A stretch of DNA of 59,579 bases, filler included, from Sphacelaria rigidula (Eukaryota), in the NCBI GenBank assembly GCA_964200075.2. It is 7 parts of 7 records of this genome, joined end to end, with 100 filler letters (N's around TTAATTAATTAA, not from the genome) between each part and the next. Parts side by side here need not be neighbours in the genome. Positions count along the whole stretch, not along the records: positions 34,105 to 42,529 come from CAXNAA020011180.1; positions 42,630 to 51,054 come from CAXNAA020011181.1; 5 more parts are not named here. One strand, written 5' to 3'. A program made the translations under genes and the position numbers. Shown here piece by piece: positions 37,101-50,429 of the stretch. Within the stretch, counting starts at the first letter, position 1, and each line of letters begins with the position of its first letter. The notes below the pieces were generated by a model. The model saw nothing but the letters and a program-made list of their open reading frames with translations. It made no database searches and was not told where the DNA came from.

Positions 37101-40000
37101 GTACAACAATGGTTGGAGTTTCTTACAGCATACCAGTATACCATTAAGCACCGTCAAGGCAAAACCAACCGGAACGCTGATCTTCCTTCTCGACTACCCC
37201 TGCCGCCTACGGTTGCAGATTCCAGCCCGTCTTGCCGTTTAACGGAACCCAATAAACCTGGTATTTACCCGATTAGACGTTTTTCAACGCCCGTTTATGC
37301 CCTCCACCATATGACGCTGTCTTGGGTGGGTTAGCGCCCACTACCTTCGATTTTGTCGATTTCTGTACTTTCAGTTCTCGCGCGAAGTTCTTCACGGAGA
37401 CATCTTCGGGCACCGACTTGATCTCCGACAACACGAGCTCGCGGTCCGTCGCCCGCACCACCCCCCCGAGTGCCCTGCCGCCACCGATAACACCTGCAAA
37501 TTCCACGAGCCACGCAGCAACGGTCTCACGGACCAGCACGCAACGCTCCCCGAAAACTCCTTCAATATGCACCACGCGCCGCGGACAATCTCCGCCGCGC
37601 ACTGATACAGCCCCGCCGCCCATAATGGCGCCACCAACATCTACCGCTACCGAGCATGGAGCCGACGACTCAGCTCCTTCTCGCGGGGCAGATATTGACG
37701 TAGGCATTTCTGCCCCGTCGCATATTCCCCCGCTGCCTACCTCACCATGTTTGATCGGCTCTCCAGTGGAAGATCAACTGCGCGAGTTACTCACCAGCTA
37801 CTCTTACCCCGACTGGGCTCGCGAACAAAACGCGGAACCGTCATGTCGCGCAGCCATCCGGTACTTACAGCTTGACTGTCCAGTCCCTTTTCCATCCACC
37901 CTTCTGGCCCCGGTTGGCACTCTGCCACCACCAGATATCTCTGACGTATATGAACTCGTGCGTAAAGGCACCATTTGTATTTCGGATGAAGGCGTACAAC
38001 TACTCGTGCGTCCCCCAGCTCCTTTGACGGGCGCAGTTTTCGTCTCAACCACGGGACGCCACGCACGACTACTCGATAACGAACCAACGCGCATATATGT
38101 CCCATTATTCATGCGTGCCTGGGTCATGAAAGCTTGTCACCTAGACTTGTCATGTCACCTTGGCGTCACCCGCACCCTAGCGCTCTCGGAATCCTTCTAC
38201 TGGTGGGTTGGCATGGAAATTTCCACCCGCTTCTGGATACGGCGATGCTTCAAATGCCAAGCCCGAAAGACTTCACGACAGACAGTACGTTGGCCCGTCA
38301 TCTCTCTTGGCACAACGCCTCAGGCCACCTAGTGTCCTTTGACTACCTTCGCCCTCTACCGACCACAGGTCGCAGTAACACCTAAGCCTTAGTCTTCACT
38401 GACCGCTTGAGCCGCCATGCGTCCATGAACGCGGTGACCGCGGCAGATTTCACTGCCGCCGGAACAGCTAATATATTGGTCAACGACTACATTAAGCACC
38501 ACGGTTGCCTGAAATGACTCCTTTCAGATAATGGTCAGAATTTTTGTTCAGGTCTCTCCGATAAACTTGACAAGCACCTGGGAATCCGCAAAATCGCCAC
38601 TAGCGCCTACCACCCGCACGGTAACGGTGGTACCTGAAGAATTGATCACACAATGGCCTAGATGCTCGCTATGGTCGCCAATGGCCGCTATAATGACTGG
38701 GACCTACATCTCTCGCATATTCTGTTGTCCTACAACAACTCGATCAACGCTACCACAGGCCTTTTCTCCGAAAGAACTTCATCTTGGACGTTACCCTCGG
38801 CTGCCTTTAACCGTGTTCGAGCGACACACGTTCGATGACCACCAAGAATTGGATCAGGATCAGATATCCTATCACGAACTAGGGCGTTCACGACAGCGCA
38901 AAGCATTTACCTTCGTGCGCGAAGAACACGCTATCGATGCCTCGCGTCTTGAGAGATCTAACACTGCTCTCTACACCGTCATGCACAAACGACCCAACTG
39001 GAAAGTTGGTGACTGGGTTTGGATCTACAACAGTTTGTCGACCATCCGCCAAGGCACCAGCGAGGCAGCCAGCGAAACAATTTTTAAGACAAGATTGTCC
39101 CTCAATTGGACAGGACCATTAAAGATCCTGACAATCGGACCATCGCCATCATCATCGGATGATAAACCCGTTGGTGACAAACTGCTCTATCTCGACCTGC
39201 CTCGCCACCTCCAGGGCAAGGACACGAAAACCCGCGTCTTCGTGCACAGATGCAAACCCTGCACGAACCCGCATGATATAGGCGACATGCCCAAGTATCT
39301 GCCTGCCGGACTCACACAGTACGTTCTCAACAGCTACCAAGTCCCCGTCCTATCATGTTACCACCGACGACGTGACGGAACAGCCCCTCCGATTGACCGT
39401 GTCCACCATCTCCGGCGACCAGATAACCCGTGGTCGCGGTGGCAAAATTGCTGTCATGTATAAAACTCACTGGCACGATCTTCGTTGAGCGTGTTGGGAA
39501 CGCGAACTCGACCTTCAAATGCACCGCCATGCAATTCTCCTGTACTGCACGTAATCTCCACATCAGCATCTTGCTCACAACAAGAAATATCGCAACATGC
39601 GTCGTGGTGCAGCAGCCCGCGAACTTCACCGCGATGAGGGACCACGCTTTGTCGCCGATGACAAACTTGTACCCACAAAGACTTGTAAGGCGAAGTTCTT
39701 CGCAAACCAGCAAATGCCATCCAAGGGCACCTAACTTTGGTTCAAAAGCAGTGACAACCTCTGGTTGTTGGGTCAGACCCACTCCGCCAACCTGGTTTCT
39801 GCCGACACATACAACGTGCGCTTCTTCATCGATGACCCTGGACCCATCCAGCTCAAGCTCCGGCCAGACGTATAGACCACCAGCCTATCTGCACCACGCG
39901 GAGCCTGGTGTCTTCAGCGACTCAAGTCCGGAGAACTCCGCCGCGGTCTCCAGCGCAATATCGACCACATCCACGACGTCCACGCACCGTTTCGAACCAC
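34105..40000 (+). mobile_element. Decayed Ty3/Gypsy LTR retrotransposon pol (PR-RT-RH-IN-chromo-like)
   Basis: Protease LLDSCS (about 34803); RT SPWASPL, FDLASG, MPQG and CFDD (35985-36405); RNase H DAS..G (about 36853); integrase CH...CHLGVTRT...CFKCQ and SDNG (38135-38535); many frameshifts and stops. Confidence 0.93.
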
Positions 40001-40460
40001 GCTCCTTCACCGCAATCTTTCCTTCCCTTCTTGAGTATGTTTTGCCCTCCCTTCTTCACAGGACCCTACTCTACGACATCCACAACAGGACCACCTACAT
40101 CGGACGACGATCAGAGACTACTAGGAGCCACCCACCATCTACGACTACTGGAGCTCTAGTATCCCCTTTAGGCTGGCGCTCGATCTCGTTGGATCACCGA
40201 CTTCCAGATTTTGGTTCCCTTTCTTCTGACCAACATGCGTTAGTCGTATACTGATCTTGCCGTTTTCTCTTCGAAATTCCCGAAGTAGAAGCCCTGCTCA
40301 ACGTTGTACCTCCCTGGTTTCTCCTTTCGTTCGGCTAGTACGCCGAAGCAATCTGTGCTTCTTCGTTAATCGCTAGCACGCCTAAGCAGTTTGTGGTCCC
40401 GCGTTTCGGATCAGTCTTTTCTGCTCCTCGAAGCAATATATACTTCCCTAATTTTGATAT

Positions 40461-40479
40461 GTGGGAGTGGGTACGGGAG
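40461..40479 (+). promoter_or_regulatory. Candidate polypurine tract preceding TG (3' LTR start at about 40480)
   Basis: gtgggagtgggtacgggag followed by tgtttcc, downstream of pol. No 5' LTR is present in the contig to confirm it. Confidence 0.35.
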
Positions 40480-40770
40480 TGTTTCCTGAGGTATGCCTTA
40501 TTAGCTGCTCATACCTCGACGAGTGAAGAAAACATTGGTTTTCGCTGCTTTTAAGAAAAAAATCCCCGCACCTGTAATAAAGGTTCGTCTGGGTAGGTTA
40601 GTGTCATGAGGAGCATATTAGCCTGTTGTCTCGCCGCCTCAGATCCGTCGACGGGTCCAGCTAGATATTACATTTCAGGTTGTTTCAAGACTGCAGATCT
40701 GTTCGCAGTTGGTCAGATACGAGTATGAACTCGTATATAGCGGGGGGATGATAACCGGATAACCGGTGGA

Positions 40771-41029
40771 ACCACCTCTTGAGTTTACTACACCCCACTC
40801 CAAGAATTGAACTCCAACATCGGTGGACTGATTGATTGAGCATGAGAGGTTGGATACTGATGAAGTTGAGATCAAGTAATCAAAAAGAGATATTATCTAC
40901 CACCTCTTGAGTTTACTACACCCCACTCCAAGAATTAAACTCCAACATCGGTGGACTGATTGATTGAGCGTGAGAGGTTGGATACTGATGAAGTTGAGAT
41001 CACGTGATCAAGAAGAGATATTATCTACC
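40771..41029 (+). repeat. Near-identical tandem duplication, 128-bp unit
   Basis: accacctcttgagtttactacacccc...gagatattatct starts at 40771 and again at 40899. Confidence 0.95.
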
Positions 41030-41511
41030 TACGTGACATTCTGATACCTTAAACGCATCTGTGCGAGGGTGGCACGCAGTGTTGAACATACGCTGCACAG
41101 TACCTTTGCCTATTGTACGCCTTGGTTTTCCAGCCTATTGACTGGCCCCTTGCCTTGCCTAGTGAGCCTGTGCTTGCCTTACACCCGGCACGACCCCATT
41201 ATAAATGACTTGAGTGCACGAGCCATTGCTCGTGGTAAAAAAAAGTAATAAGTAAAGTAAACGAGTCATGCTCTGTGTGTTTTCTGAAAGCATCCACGAG
41301 TGCACTTGTTTCGACGAGTAATTACTCGTCCGACGTATGCAAGATTGACGATTCTCGGGAATAAAAAACAAGACGAGGGAATTATTACGAGATGGGGCCT
41401 CCTGGCTTGTGTTTTCTAGAAAAATACGAGACGAGATCGGCCTGTTTTTTTCTCTCGTTTATTTCATTCGCGGCGCGGCGGGACTAGCAACGCCCGCCAG
41501 CCCTGGATATA

Positions 41512-41953
41512 ACACGGGGTCTTCCAAGTTTGGGATCGATCTTTTATTGGGGATGAGAAACCCGGAGAACTAAAATCTTCGTTTCCGCATCAAATCTTTG
41601 AAATATGATTCCATTTCTCCACCTACTAATAGCTTTTGACAACTACCACACGCCATGGAAATTTGGATTTAGATTACCGAAATGTTGGGGTCCTAGGTGA
41701 AAAACCAATTTCGGAACCATTTTGGCGTCCGTTCGGACACCCGGAATTCATCAAAATTGGGTTTTCACCGAGGACCCCAACATTTTCATGATCAAAATCC
41801 AAATTTCTATGGCGTGTAGTAGTTGTCAACAACCATCAGTAGGTGAAGAAATGGAACCATATTTCGAAGATTTGGTGTGGATACGAAGATTTGAATTATC
41901 TGCGTTTCTCATCCCCAATAAAAGATCCATCCCCAATCTGTAAGATCCCGTGT
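41512..41953. mobile_element. Foldback MITE with TA target duplication (Tc1/mariner-type)
   Basis: TA|ACACGGG...CCCGTGT|TA; arms of about 220 bp are imperfect reverse complements around a centre near 41731. Confidence 0.85.
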
Positions 41954-42837
41954 TACATGTTCGTGCCATTCGAAATCTGCGCGGCTCTCCTGGCAGCAAT
42001 GAGGGATGCTACGGTAAGGGTGCAGAAAACGTTTCTGAGACAGGAATTGCTAGAAGCCCTGTATCTCATCAAAACACAACTTATGACATATGTGAGAGTA
42101 CGCCAGGATTACTATTGCAATGTGCTGGGGATATCCCGCATGAATTTGCGAACGGGAGTGCCCTGACCCATATTCTTGTGCATGTAGAATCTTGAGGAAC
42201 TCCTGGATTAGACAAGATTTCGCGCAGACGGTGCAACCCTACCGTAGCATTGCTCCAATGTCGAACATCTCCAGCGCCGTTTACATACTAAACCAAACTT
42301 TGCTTAGCCATCCCGGCGCACACGAAATGCCGTCAGGGGTTGATGATCCATTGGCATGGACCTTGCTCTAGAAAACCTGCAACACAGGCAGTCCCCAGTG
42401 CAGAGATTGCCGGATACTGTCTGTGCGCTTTCTAACGCAGTTAGATGTAGGTAACAGCCGATTCTAAATTTTGGGGTTCAACACTAAAATAAGGCTGAAG
42501 TCGCATTTCTCTCTTGCAGGGAAGATACGNNNNNNNNNNNNNNNNNNNNNNNNNNNNNNNNNNNNNNNNNNNNTTAATTAATTAANNNNNNNNNNNNNNN
42601 NNNNNNNNNNNNNNNNNNNNNNNNNNNNNTGACTCCAAATTTCGAGCAACAAATGCCCCAAAATACCCCCACCCCTATCGTAGGATGGCTCCTCAGGATT
42701 GATGTTTTTCAAAACCAATCGGGCCAGTCCTTGCAGGTACCACGCCCCTGACCATAACCCCAACACTAACCCTAACCCTAACCATGGGAATGTTCAAATT
42801 CCGATGCAGCCCTCTTAGCACGCGGTCCTCTCACGCT

Positions 42838-43111
42838 TTACACTACTTTCATGAAATTCCGTGAGTAAACAAAAATCGACTTGATGGTCGATGGGGGAGA
42901 GAGAACCCGTCGAACCCTTGAGCAAAGAAAAGAAAGGCAATGACCGGATAAGGTAGAAGATGGGATAGTAAAAATATAATAACAAAGTAATAAGTCCTGT
43001 ATGCGCCCGTTCCTCCTGTGTGACCCCGGCTGATGCGACCATCTTTCCCGAAAGGTGTAGACTGGCGTTAAACACAAACGGGGGATGATAACAAGCACAA
43101 CAACACACACA
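42838..43111 (+). mobile_element. SINE body, headless diverged copy
   Basis: cgacttgatggtcga...tcctcctgtgtgaccccggctg...caacaacacacac is the reverse complement of the 2014-2352 and 3334-3662 bodies. Confidence 0.7.
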
Positions 43112-46004
43112 TGTTGTATTGGACGCACCCTCAATCATGAGCCCTCCCCCCTTCAAAACCCTATGGCGAACTGCTCACCAGCCCCACTTGCCACCGGCGA
43201 AATCTGTTGGAAAAATCTAGACGACGTAGTCTATATTCATTATGTTTGGATGAAGTTGTTGCAACAAAAGATAGGGGTACAATCTGTTGCGTTTCAACGA
43301 AACAACGAACCACGTAAGACCGTTTCATTAGTATCCTTTTCACAGAGAGTACCTCTTTTGTATTGATTTATAGTCTACCTGTGTGAATGACGCTTCAGGT
43401 AGGATACTGCTACAGTAGGCGTGTTGCCATGATTTGTCAATGAAAGATACTCTAGCAGAGTATTGAGGCCACGTAAGCTACAGGATAGTATCTTGTGTGC
43501 AACTTTGCAGTTAATCTAAGCTAGCAAGGCTACCGCGTCAGCAATAGCAAGGTTGAATTGAATGATACGATTAGACCTTACGTACGTGTAGAGTGTTTGA
43601 TTCTTTTTCCAGGATTAAGCATGATTATATTCGGTGGTCTATCGCCCTTGCGATCACTCTCCCAAGCTCACCAAGCTTACCAAGCTCTTCTTCATTTCCT
43701 CAGCACTCTGCTTGCAAAAGAGGCTGCCTCGATTTTGTTCGGTCGAAGTGAAGAGCCGCAAACATCATTTTTGTAACACAGCAGCAACCCATACCACGCC
43801 CTGCGCCGCTTCACCTCTCGTCTCACATCATGTAGGGATACTGAGTACAACACGCCTAGACAGGTAGCCGATCTTCACGGTCATCATGGAGCGAGCATTC
43901 CTGAAGTTCCTCGGTTGCCTCAACGCGGGTTTCCTACAAAATACACGCACTCCTGATCCAAGACTCAACTGAGCCCGAGCTAGAACCCGAGGACAGCCTC
44001 GGTGGGAATCATTATTCTGGTCATGTATCTGTATTACTTCGACTTTGGTGGTACTTTCGCCATGGTCGGCCAAGTCGCCTCACAATCGGTATCGATTCCT
44101 GTGCAGGGCATACGTTGTACCGTATGGACCATTGGAAGCTCAAGCAAAAGTCTCCACGGCGTTCCCGATGCACATAACAACTGTTGGTGGATCTGGAATG
44201 GTTCACTCAAACTAGAGAAAGCAAACATTCTCTACTGCCCCTTTCTCCCCTGTGAACGGGTGACCCTAATAGCCGCAGCAAACACCCGCGCAAACACCAC
44301 TTACAAAGTAACCCCCGCAAGGTAGTCAGCAGATCTGAAAGACGCATGGTCAAGAAGATGAGGCTAATCATTGTTGGCCGTCCCCGTTGTCCCCGGTCAC
44401 GTGCGGACGGCCGATCAACGCGCGCTGTAGCCGAATGATTCCAAGCCTATAGCCCACTGCATTCTTTCGGGTGCTAAACACGACTACCCCAGATACCCGG
44501 TTCAATCATCGGACACACTTGGCACGTGAAACTCTTCTGTCCTTTTTCTCGCAAGATCCCCGGGTAGAGCATATACAACACGCATACATTGTACTGTTTC
44601 TGTTTTCAGGCTCAAGGTCCTTGGCACTACTTTATATACGATAAATAATGTGTGCCACTTTCCCGTCTCTCTGAATACACTCACAACCATAACGTTACTA
44701 CAGGCAGTTACCACTCAGAAAAAGAAGTAGAGAATCAGCGCGGTAATACAGAACAAATCCCTCGTGGGCCTATCCTGTCGACTGCTCTGTTCTCCATTTA
44801 CCTATTCCAGTTGCGCTGCTTCTCTGAACTCCGTCAGCAACCGTCAACAAGCCTTTCCAGTCTCCTCTAGTGCTGACAAGTAGGACGAAGGGTGGACACT
44901 GAAGTAATCGCAGGGAGAGATTGAGTGCCGCCTGCAGTACATTCGCAACAATGATCCATCCTCATGTACTACCGTCTCGCATTGCCAGCTCCACCTTCTA
45001 CATGACAACGTGTCAGAGACATCGCTTGAGAAGGGACGGCCCAGGGGAAAGGACAGGGGGGCGCGGTAGTGCATGGTGTATATGTGCACGCAGATGCAAT
45101 GTCCTGCCGAAAAGTAACAAGACACTGGTACTCGAAGAATGCTCAATCTCTCGACAAGAAAACTAACAAGCAAGGTCATGTGGATGTGGTCGAGAGAATA
45201 CGACCGCAACGCACGAGTCCACCAAACGACAGCCCTCCCGGTAAAACGACTCCATGCCTGCAATGCGTGGATATATCTGAACTCGAACTGACACATGCTT
45301 GAGAATGGGAGTGCATATACACTCTATCTGTATGCTTGCAAACGGCAACGCTCTTGATAGGGAGCTGAGAGGGCGACACTCGGAGAAGTGAGGACGATAA
45401 CCGGAGAAGAATCGAACGGAAAATAGGGGGGCAGTACGAGATGGACTATATCGTCCGTATATCCACCTACTGTGACTACCTTTGGCAATACCAGCCGTCC
45501 CCTTTCTCTACAGAGAGTACAGCTGTGAACCGACATAGTGGTTTTGGATAAGTAGCCACATTTGTGGCACAGATGGATCCAATCAAAATGACGGACACGA
45601 AATGGAAGCTACACCAGTCCATCGCAAACATATGTTTCAATGCTAGTATAGGAATACAGAGACAGCAAGAACGGAAGGGACGACCAAGTCCATGAGCACA
45701 AACGGAAAGCACGGCCAAAGTCTTGTGAGGCCAGTACGGTTGGAGCACCACCCCAACCAGGCAAAGCAAAGCCCACCTATTGTCACGGCAACGTAAGAGA
45801 TCTGCGATGCTCTTGGTTTTACAGCACTGTACTGCCATCAGCAGAAACCAGCTCATATGATGTTCGGATCAAAGTTCGCCACACCCCCTACACTTAAGGT
45901 CTTTGACGTGTGTGTCAAGCGCCCCGCACTACCAGTCGTTTCCGTGGTCCAGGTGAAAGTCGCCTATTGAATACACAGAGGGTGTGCTTTGACTCGAACA
46001 TCTT

Positions 46005-46062
46005 CGCTTCTGACTGCTGCCGCGCTTCTGACTGCTGCCGCGCTTCTGACTGCTGCCGCGCT
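46005..46062 (+). repeat. 18-bp tandem repeat, 3 copies (cgcttctgactgctgccg)
   Basis: Directly visible. Confidence 0.9.
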
Positions 46063-46574
46063 TTCCTTGTTGCTCCGGGTTTCTCTTTCATCCATGGACA
46101 CGATTGACCGATATGGGAACAAGCCAGGATTCGTGAAGGGTAGTACATAAATGCCAACGTGTCTGCTCCTCACGATAAGTGCGTTGGCTCTAAGGAGCTT
46201 CGTTCCAATTCTAGCTTGAAATTTTTCATCCAATGATTGGTAAGGTTTGATCGTCGGCGAGCCTTCATGTTCAGAACATTGCTTTGCTGACATTCGCTTT
46301 TGGTCACTACATCCTCGTACAGATATGACAATAGCGGGGGGCGGTGGTACGAGAACTTTTCTATGAACCATATCACCATATCTCGATGTCGTTCCTCGTC
46401 GCGTGCCACGCCCCTATCGTTAATCAGTGAATCTGTCCCTCGAGTTAATCAACCCCATGAAGCGTTTTATACCACTACTCGGAGGGGTGGCTCAACACAC
46501 GACGGAGCTCGGAACGAGCACGTGGGTCTTTTGAGGTTCTCTGGTTGTTGATACATTGATCGCTTCGCCCCCTT

Positions 46575-46780
46575 GGGGTCAACGAGTGAGGGCAAATTTG
46601 TCACAACATAAACGGCATGCATGTTAACATGCGTCCAAAAGGAAGTTCACAAGCTCTTGGTCCTCAAAGGAAAGAAGGCCAGTCGCCGGGGTCAACGAGT
46701 TCGTGCAAATATGTCACAATATATACGTGACGCGCATTAACATGCACCCGTAAGAATGCTCACTAGCTCCCGGCTCTCAA
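46575..46780 (+). repeat. Diverged tandem duplication, unit about 112 bp
   Basis: ggggtcaacgagt...gcaaat.tgtcacaa...ttaacatgc...tcac.agctc occurs twice. Confidence 0.7.
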
Positions 46781-47349
46781 GGGATCGAGACCGGTCACTG
46801 TCTGCCGGTGAAAGCCCCCTTTGTACCCGATTTCAGGCCCGCACATATTGTGTGAATGAAGGTGTGGGGAAATGCGCGGAGAGGTCATCATTTCAGGCTG
46901 ACGACACTTCCCGTACGGGGTGACGAAGTATTGCTAAAAGCGTCGAGAAAAACGCAGGCATGACATGAGATGGCCGTGCATGGCCCCATTGACTATATTG
47001 ACAAGTGCATTAAAGCACAGCTCACCTTTTGAGGGGCGGGCGATGCAGAAATGCCGTGGATCGTGTGTTTCACTGTTGACCCGCTCGCTTTGCGTTCCTG
47101 TTTGGAGCCTACTGTGCTCGATGCCGCCCCGGAGCTCCTTGGAGTAGCTGCCACGCTTTCGGCCATGCCTGCGGATCCCTGATGAATACCGACGATGCGC
47201 GTTGAGATCAAAATATACGATTCACCACAGCGTGCGAAGCAGATGTACCATGACATACTGACTCAGGGGTGACTCTATGATCCACTTAATAAATGAACGT
47301 GTTCCGCGTTCAGAAAACGATACCGTTTTCGCTCTCACTCACATTTCAC

Positions 47350-50300
47350 GTTACTGTCGCAGACAGTTTTTGATTGAACAGTTTTCGACTATGATCAACT
47401 CAAGGAGGCGATCGGTAGACAGGCAAAGTCTTGAATAGAATAGCGATTGATCCTTTGGCCGCAGCAGCTGGCGCGAAAAAAATGCTGGTCGCACGCACCG
47501 AATGGATGGCCATTGGCAGAGTACTTTGCCGGAAGCGCGAGTGTTGAGTGTACGTTTCGCGAGGGTCCCACGTTCAAAGCAGGAGTCGCACAGATTGCCA
47601 CGACAGCTATCCTCGCCGGTTTGACCCCCCACCCCCGGCGGTCAAAAGCAAACGTTGGGAACATACTGCACATGAAGGGGAGGGGAAACAGGACCCTGGG
47701 CTGGTCTACGATATTGCTTGTGAAACAGCAGGAGCGTGGAAGACGGTGGAATCGACAGATAGGCAGCGCCGCCATTAGTCGCAGCTGAAGCAAAAGAGCG
47801 GCAGCGCGGTACCTCTGGATCAAGGAGACAAACTTCGCGTCGTAGGGCGGCGATCTCCAGGAATGGACCCGCCCCAACTGTTGCAAATCTCGGAAACCGG
47901 GCCGAACTATGCGGGTTGTGTCGAATGTGGAGATCAGGGCCAGTTCTGAAGGGATGTTGAGAAGCTGGGCAAAGCTGCTGCTTCAGGGGATACTGTAGAC
48001 GGGCAGCTAAAGGCCGGCGACACGCAGCAGCAACCGCAGCACAAGTCACAGGGTGCGGTACAGGCACCTCGCCGAGGGAGGCAAGGTCTCACCCCTACAA
48101 GAAGGGTTGTGTTTCGGGGGGATACAGGGGGTCTTCGCGGAGGTGAAGCGATGCTGTCGCCCGAACCAGCCGTTTCTACTAGTGGCGTGCAACGTAATAT
48201 ATATGTCGGGTAACACAGTGCCGGGTTGGTAATTCTGAGATCGCGAATAAAAGTGCTATGGTATTAGAGTTTCAGTCTGAGGGTCTGGTGGTGGATAACG
48301 AGGAAATATGGTATCTCACTGACTTGTCTGCACCGAGTGATGGAGCAACGGGGGTTTGTCCGGTCATGTCCATTGTGAACTCACAGCAGTTATGATCATG
48401 TCAGAATGTGTAGCGGCGAAGTTGTGAGCCGTGGTTCCAGACATCCGAGTTGTCATGCCGACGGTTGGTGAGCAGCTGGTGAAGTTAGCCAGTCGAAGTT
48501 AGCCGATGGCAATGTTAAGTCCATCAGAAGATTTGCTTTATCCGAACCGCTTTGCCCACCAGCTGGGGACCGGTTGTGTTGAATCCATGTTCGTATGCAG
48601 CCATGCCAGGTATGAACTATGCAAAAATCATGGGAAGGCCTACACTGGGGGCGCTGGGCATTGAAGTGTACAGCAGCTTGTGCATATGTGCGCACGCGAG
48701 GAATATTTCGGTGTGTATTGTAGACACACCTGATTTCAAGGGTTGTCGGCGTATTAATATCATTGTTGAGACTTTACAGCAGCCAGGTGGGCGGGAGGAG
48801 GCCGTGGATCCCCTGACTGAGCGGTTGGTGTCGAGAGGTCCAGAGATGAGCATGGTCTCTGAGCAAGAGCTTGGTGAGCGTGACGTTGCCCTGGAGCCGG
48901 CGGTACTGGCCACCAGGAGTAATGGCATGTCGGAGAGCGGCGTGAGTCAGCTTCGCGAACTTGTAAAGTGCCATGCGGATGCCTTTCAGTCAGCGCTGGG
49001 TGGTGATCTGCCTGCTCGCGTCGAGCCCGCGAAGTTGAAGTTCAAACCAGGTGCTGGGACCTTCAAGGCTAGGCCGTGGGCGTACTCTCCGGTAAAGGCG
49101 GTGTGGTTGGCACGATCCTTGGTGATCTTGGTGGGGCTCGAGCTCATGTACCGCGAACTACAGGCAATGTGGGCGAGCGCGGCTAGTGAGACGCCCCAGA
49201 AGGGCGGTTTGAGAATGGTGAGTGCTTTCCGTGCCATAAACAGGCAGATGGAAGAGGTGCCGAGTGTGATGCGAAACCACGAGGCGGAGATGATCGATTT
49301 GCTGGGGACTGCTTTTTTCTGGCAAGCTGGATATGATGCAAGGGTACTGGTAAATGGCGTTGGTGTCTGATGATACGTAAGAAATGTTCGTCATTGCGAC
49401 CCCTGACGGTCTGCTCATGCCTACGCGGGTGCCACAAGGCGTACTCAATACTACGGGATACTTGCTTCCTGGGCATCATGGCTATACTGCATGGTGTGGG
49501 TAGATGACATCTTGTGGGGGGTGAATGAGGATGACTTGTTGTGCATGCTATATGCCATTTTGGAGGGTGATGCGTTTTGCGGCTCCACACAAGTGCATGT
49601 TTTATGACACGCAAGTTGCATGGTGTGACATGATGCTCTAGAGTGGGCGAGTGGATCACGACCGGGAGAGGCTGAGTAGTTTGGCGAATATGATACGTCT
49701 TCGAACGGCGGGTGAGCTGATGCAGTTTCTGCAGGCCATAAACTAAGTGCGAACATCTCTGCCGCACCCGACTGAAGTGGTGGAGCCACTTGGTGTCATG
49801 TTAAAGAAGCACATGGCAGGCACCGTGTCCCACGCTAAGGGGGTTTCTTCAAGCAGGACGATCGAAGCCGAGGCGTGTACGTTTGAGCTTGTTCAAGCTT
49901 GTACGGAGGCGAAACATTTGACGGCACATGCTATTGCTTTGTCCTATCCTAAGAAGGATTACAAGGTGCTGATGTCTCCCGACACTTCGGATCTTCATCG
50001 GGGTAGTTTCGTGACGAAGATGCTAAGCGATGAGATGGACCGCGACGTCGCGGTGGAGGAAGTGAGTCGTGAACGGCTGGGATTTCTGAGCGGGACTTTT
50101 CGTGGAGCGTGGTGCAAGAACGACCATATTTGCGGGTCATTGCAATCTCGCCTATACTTTCGATCCTGCAGTGTGCGTGATATCAGTTTCGAAGGCCGCT
50201 TGCCAGCCTTTTGAGCAATGCAAGACTGTGCTCGAGCAGTACGCCTATTCAACCAGGCACTTTGCTGGTGAGCGTAACTGCTGGGGGGATGTCGTATCGC

Positions 50301-50420
50301 GGTAGGCGAATGTTCCAGCGGTATCCGTGCAAGCCATCGCTGTTTCCGCGAGTGGGAAGCTTGATGAAACGCTACCGTCGAAGGAGGCCTTTCGTGAACC
50401 CGAGGAGCAAGCTCGTCCGG
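47350..50420 (+). mobile_element. Decayed Ty3/Gypsy retrotransposon (gag remnant, PR, RT, RNase H)
   Basis: TSWGPVVL...IMGRPTL (protease region); WASA...GLRMV..FRAIN; GKLDMMQGYW; PTRVPQGVLN; WVDD (about 49497); LMSPDTSDLH (RNase H). Confidence 0.9.
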
Positions 50421-50429
50421 GGTGTGTGT

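Noticed and set aside
39430-40254. 274-aa ORF as an env-like or extra gene
   Set aside because: It overlaps the chromo/Tudor-like frame out of phase, is Ser/Thr-biased, and has no clear domain.
44000-45900. Possible Ty1/Copia RT remnant (HGVY...RKV...W...KTNKQGHV)
   Set aside because: Only faint motif echoes; no YVDD or integrase core could be read.
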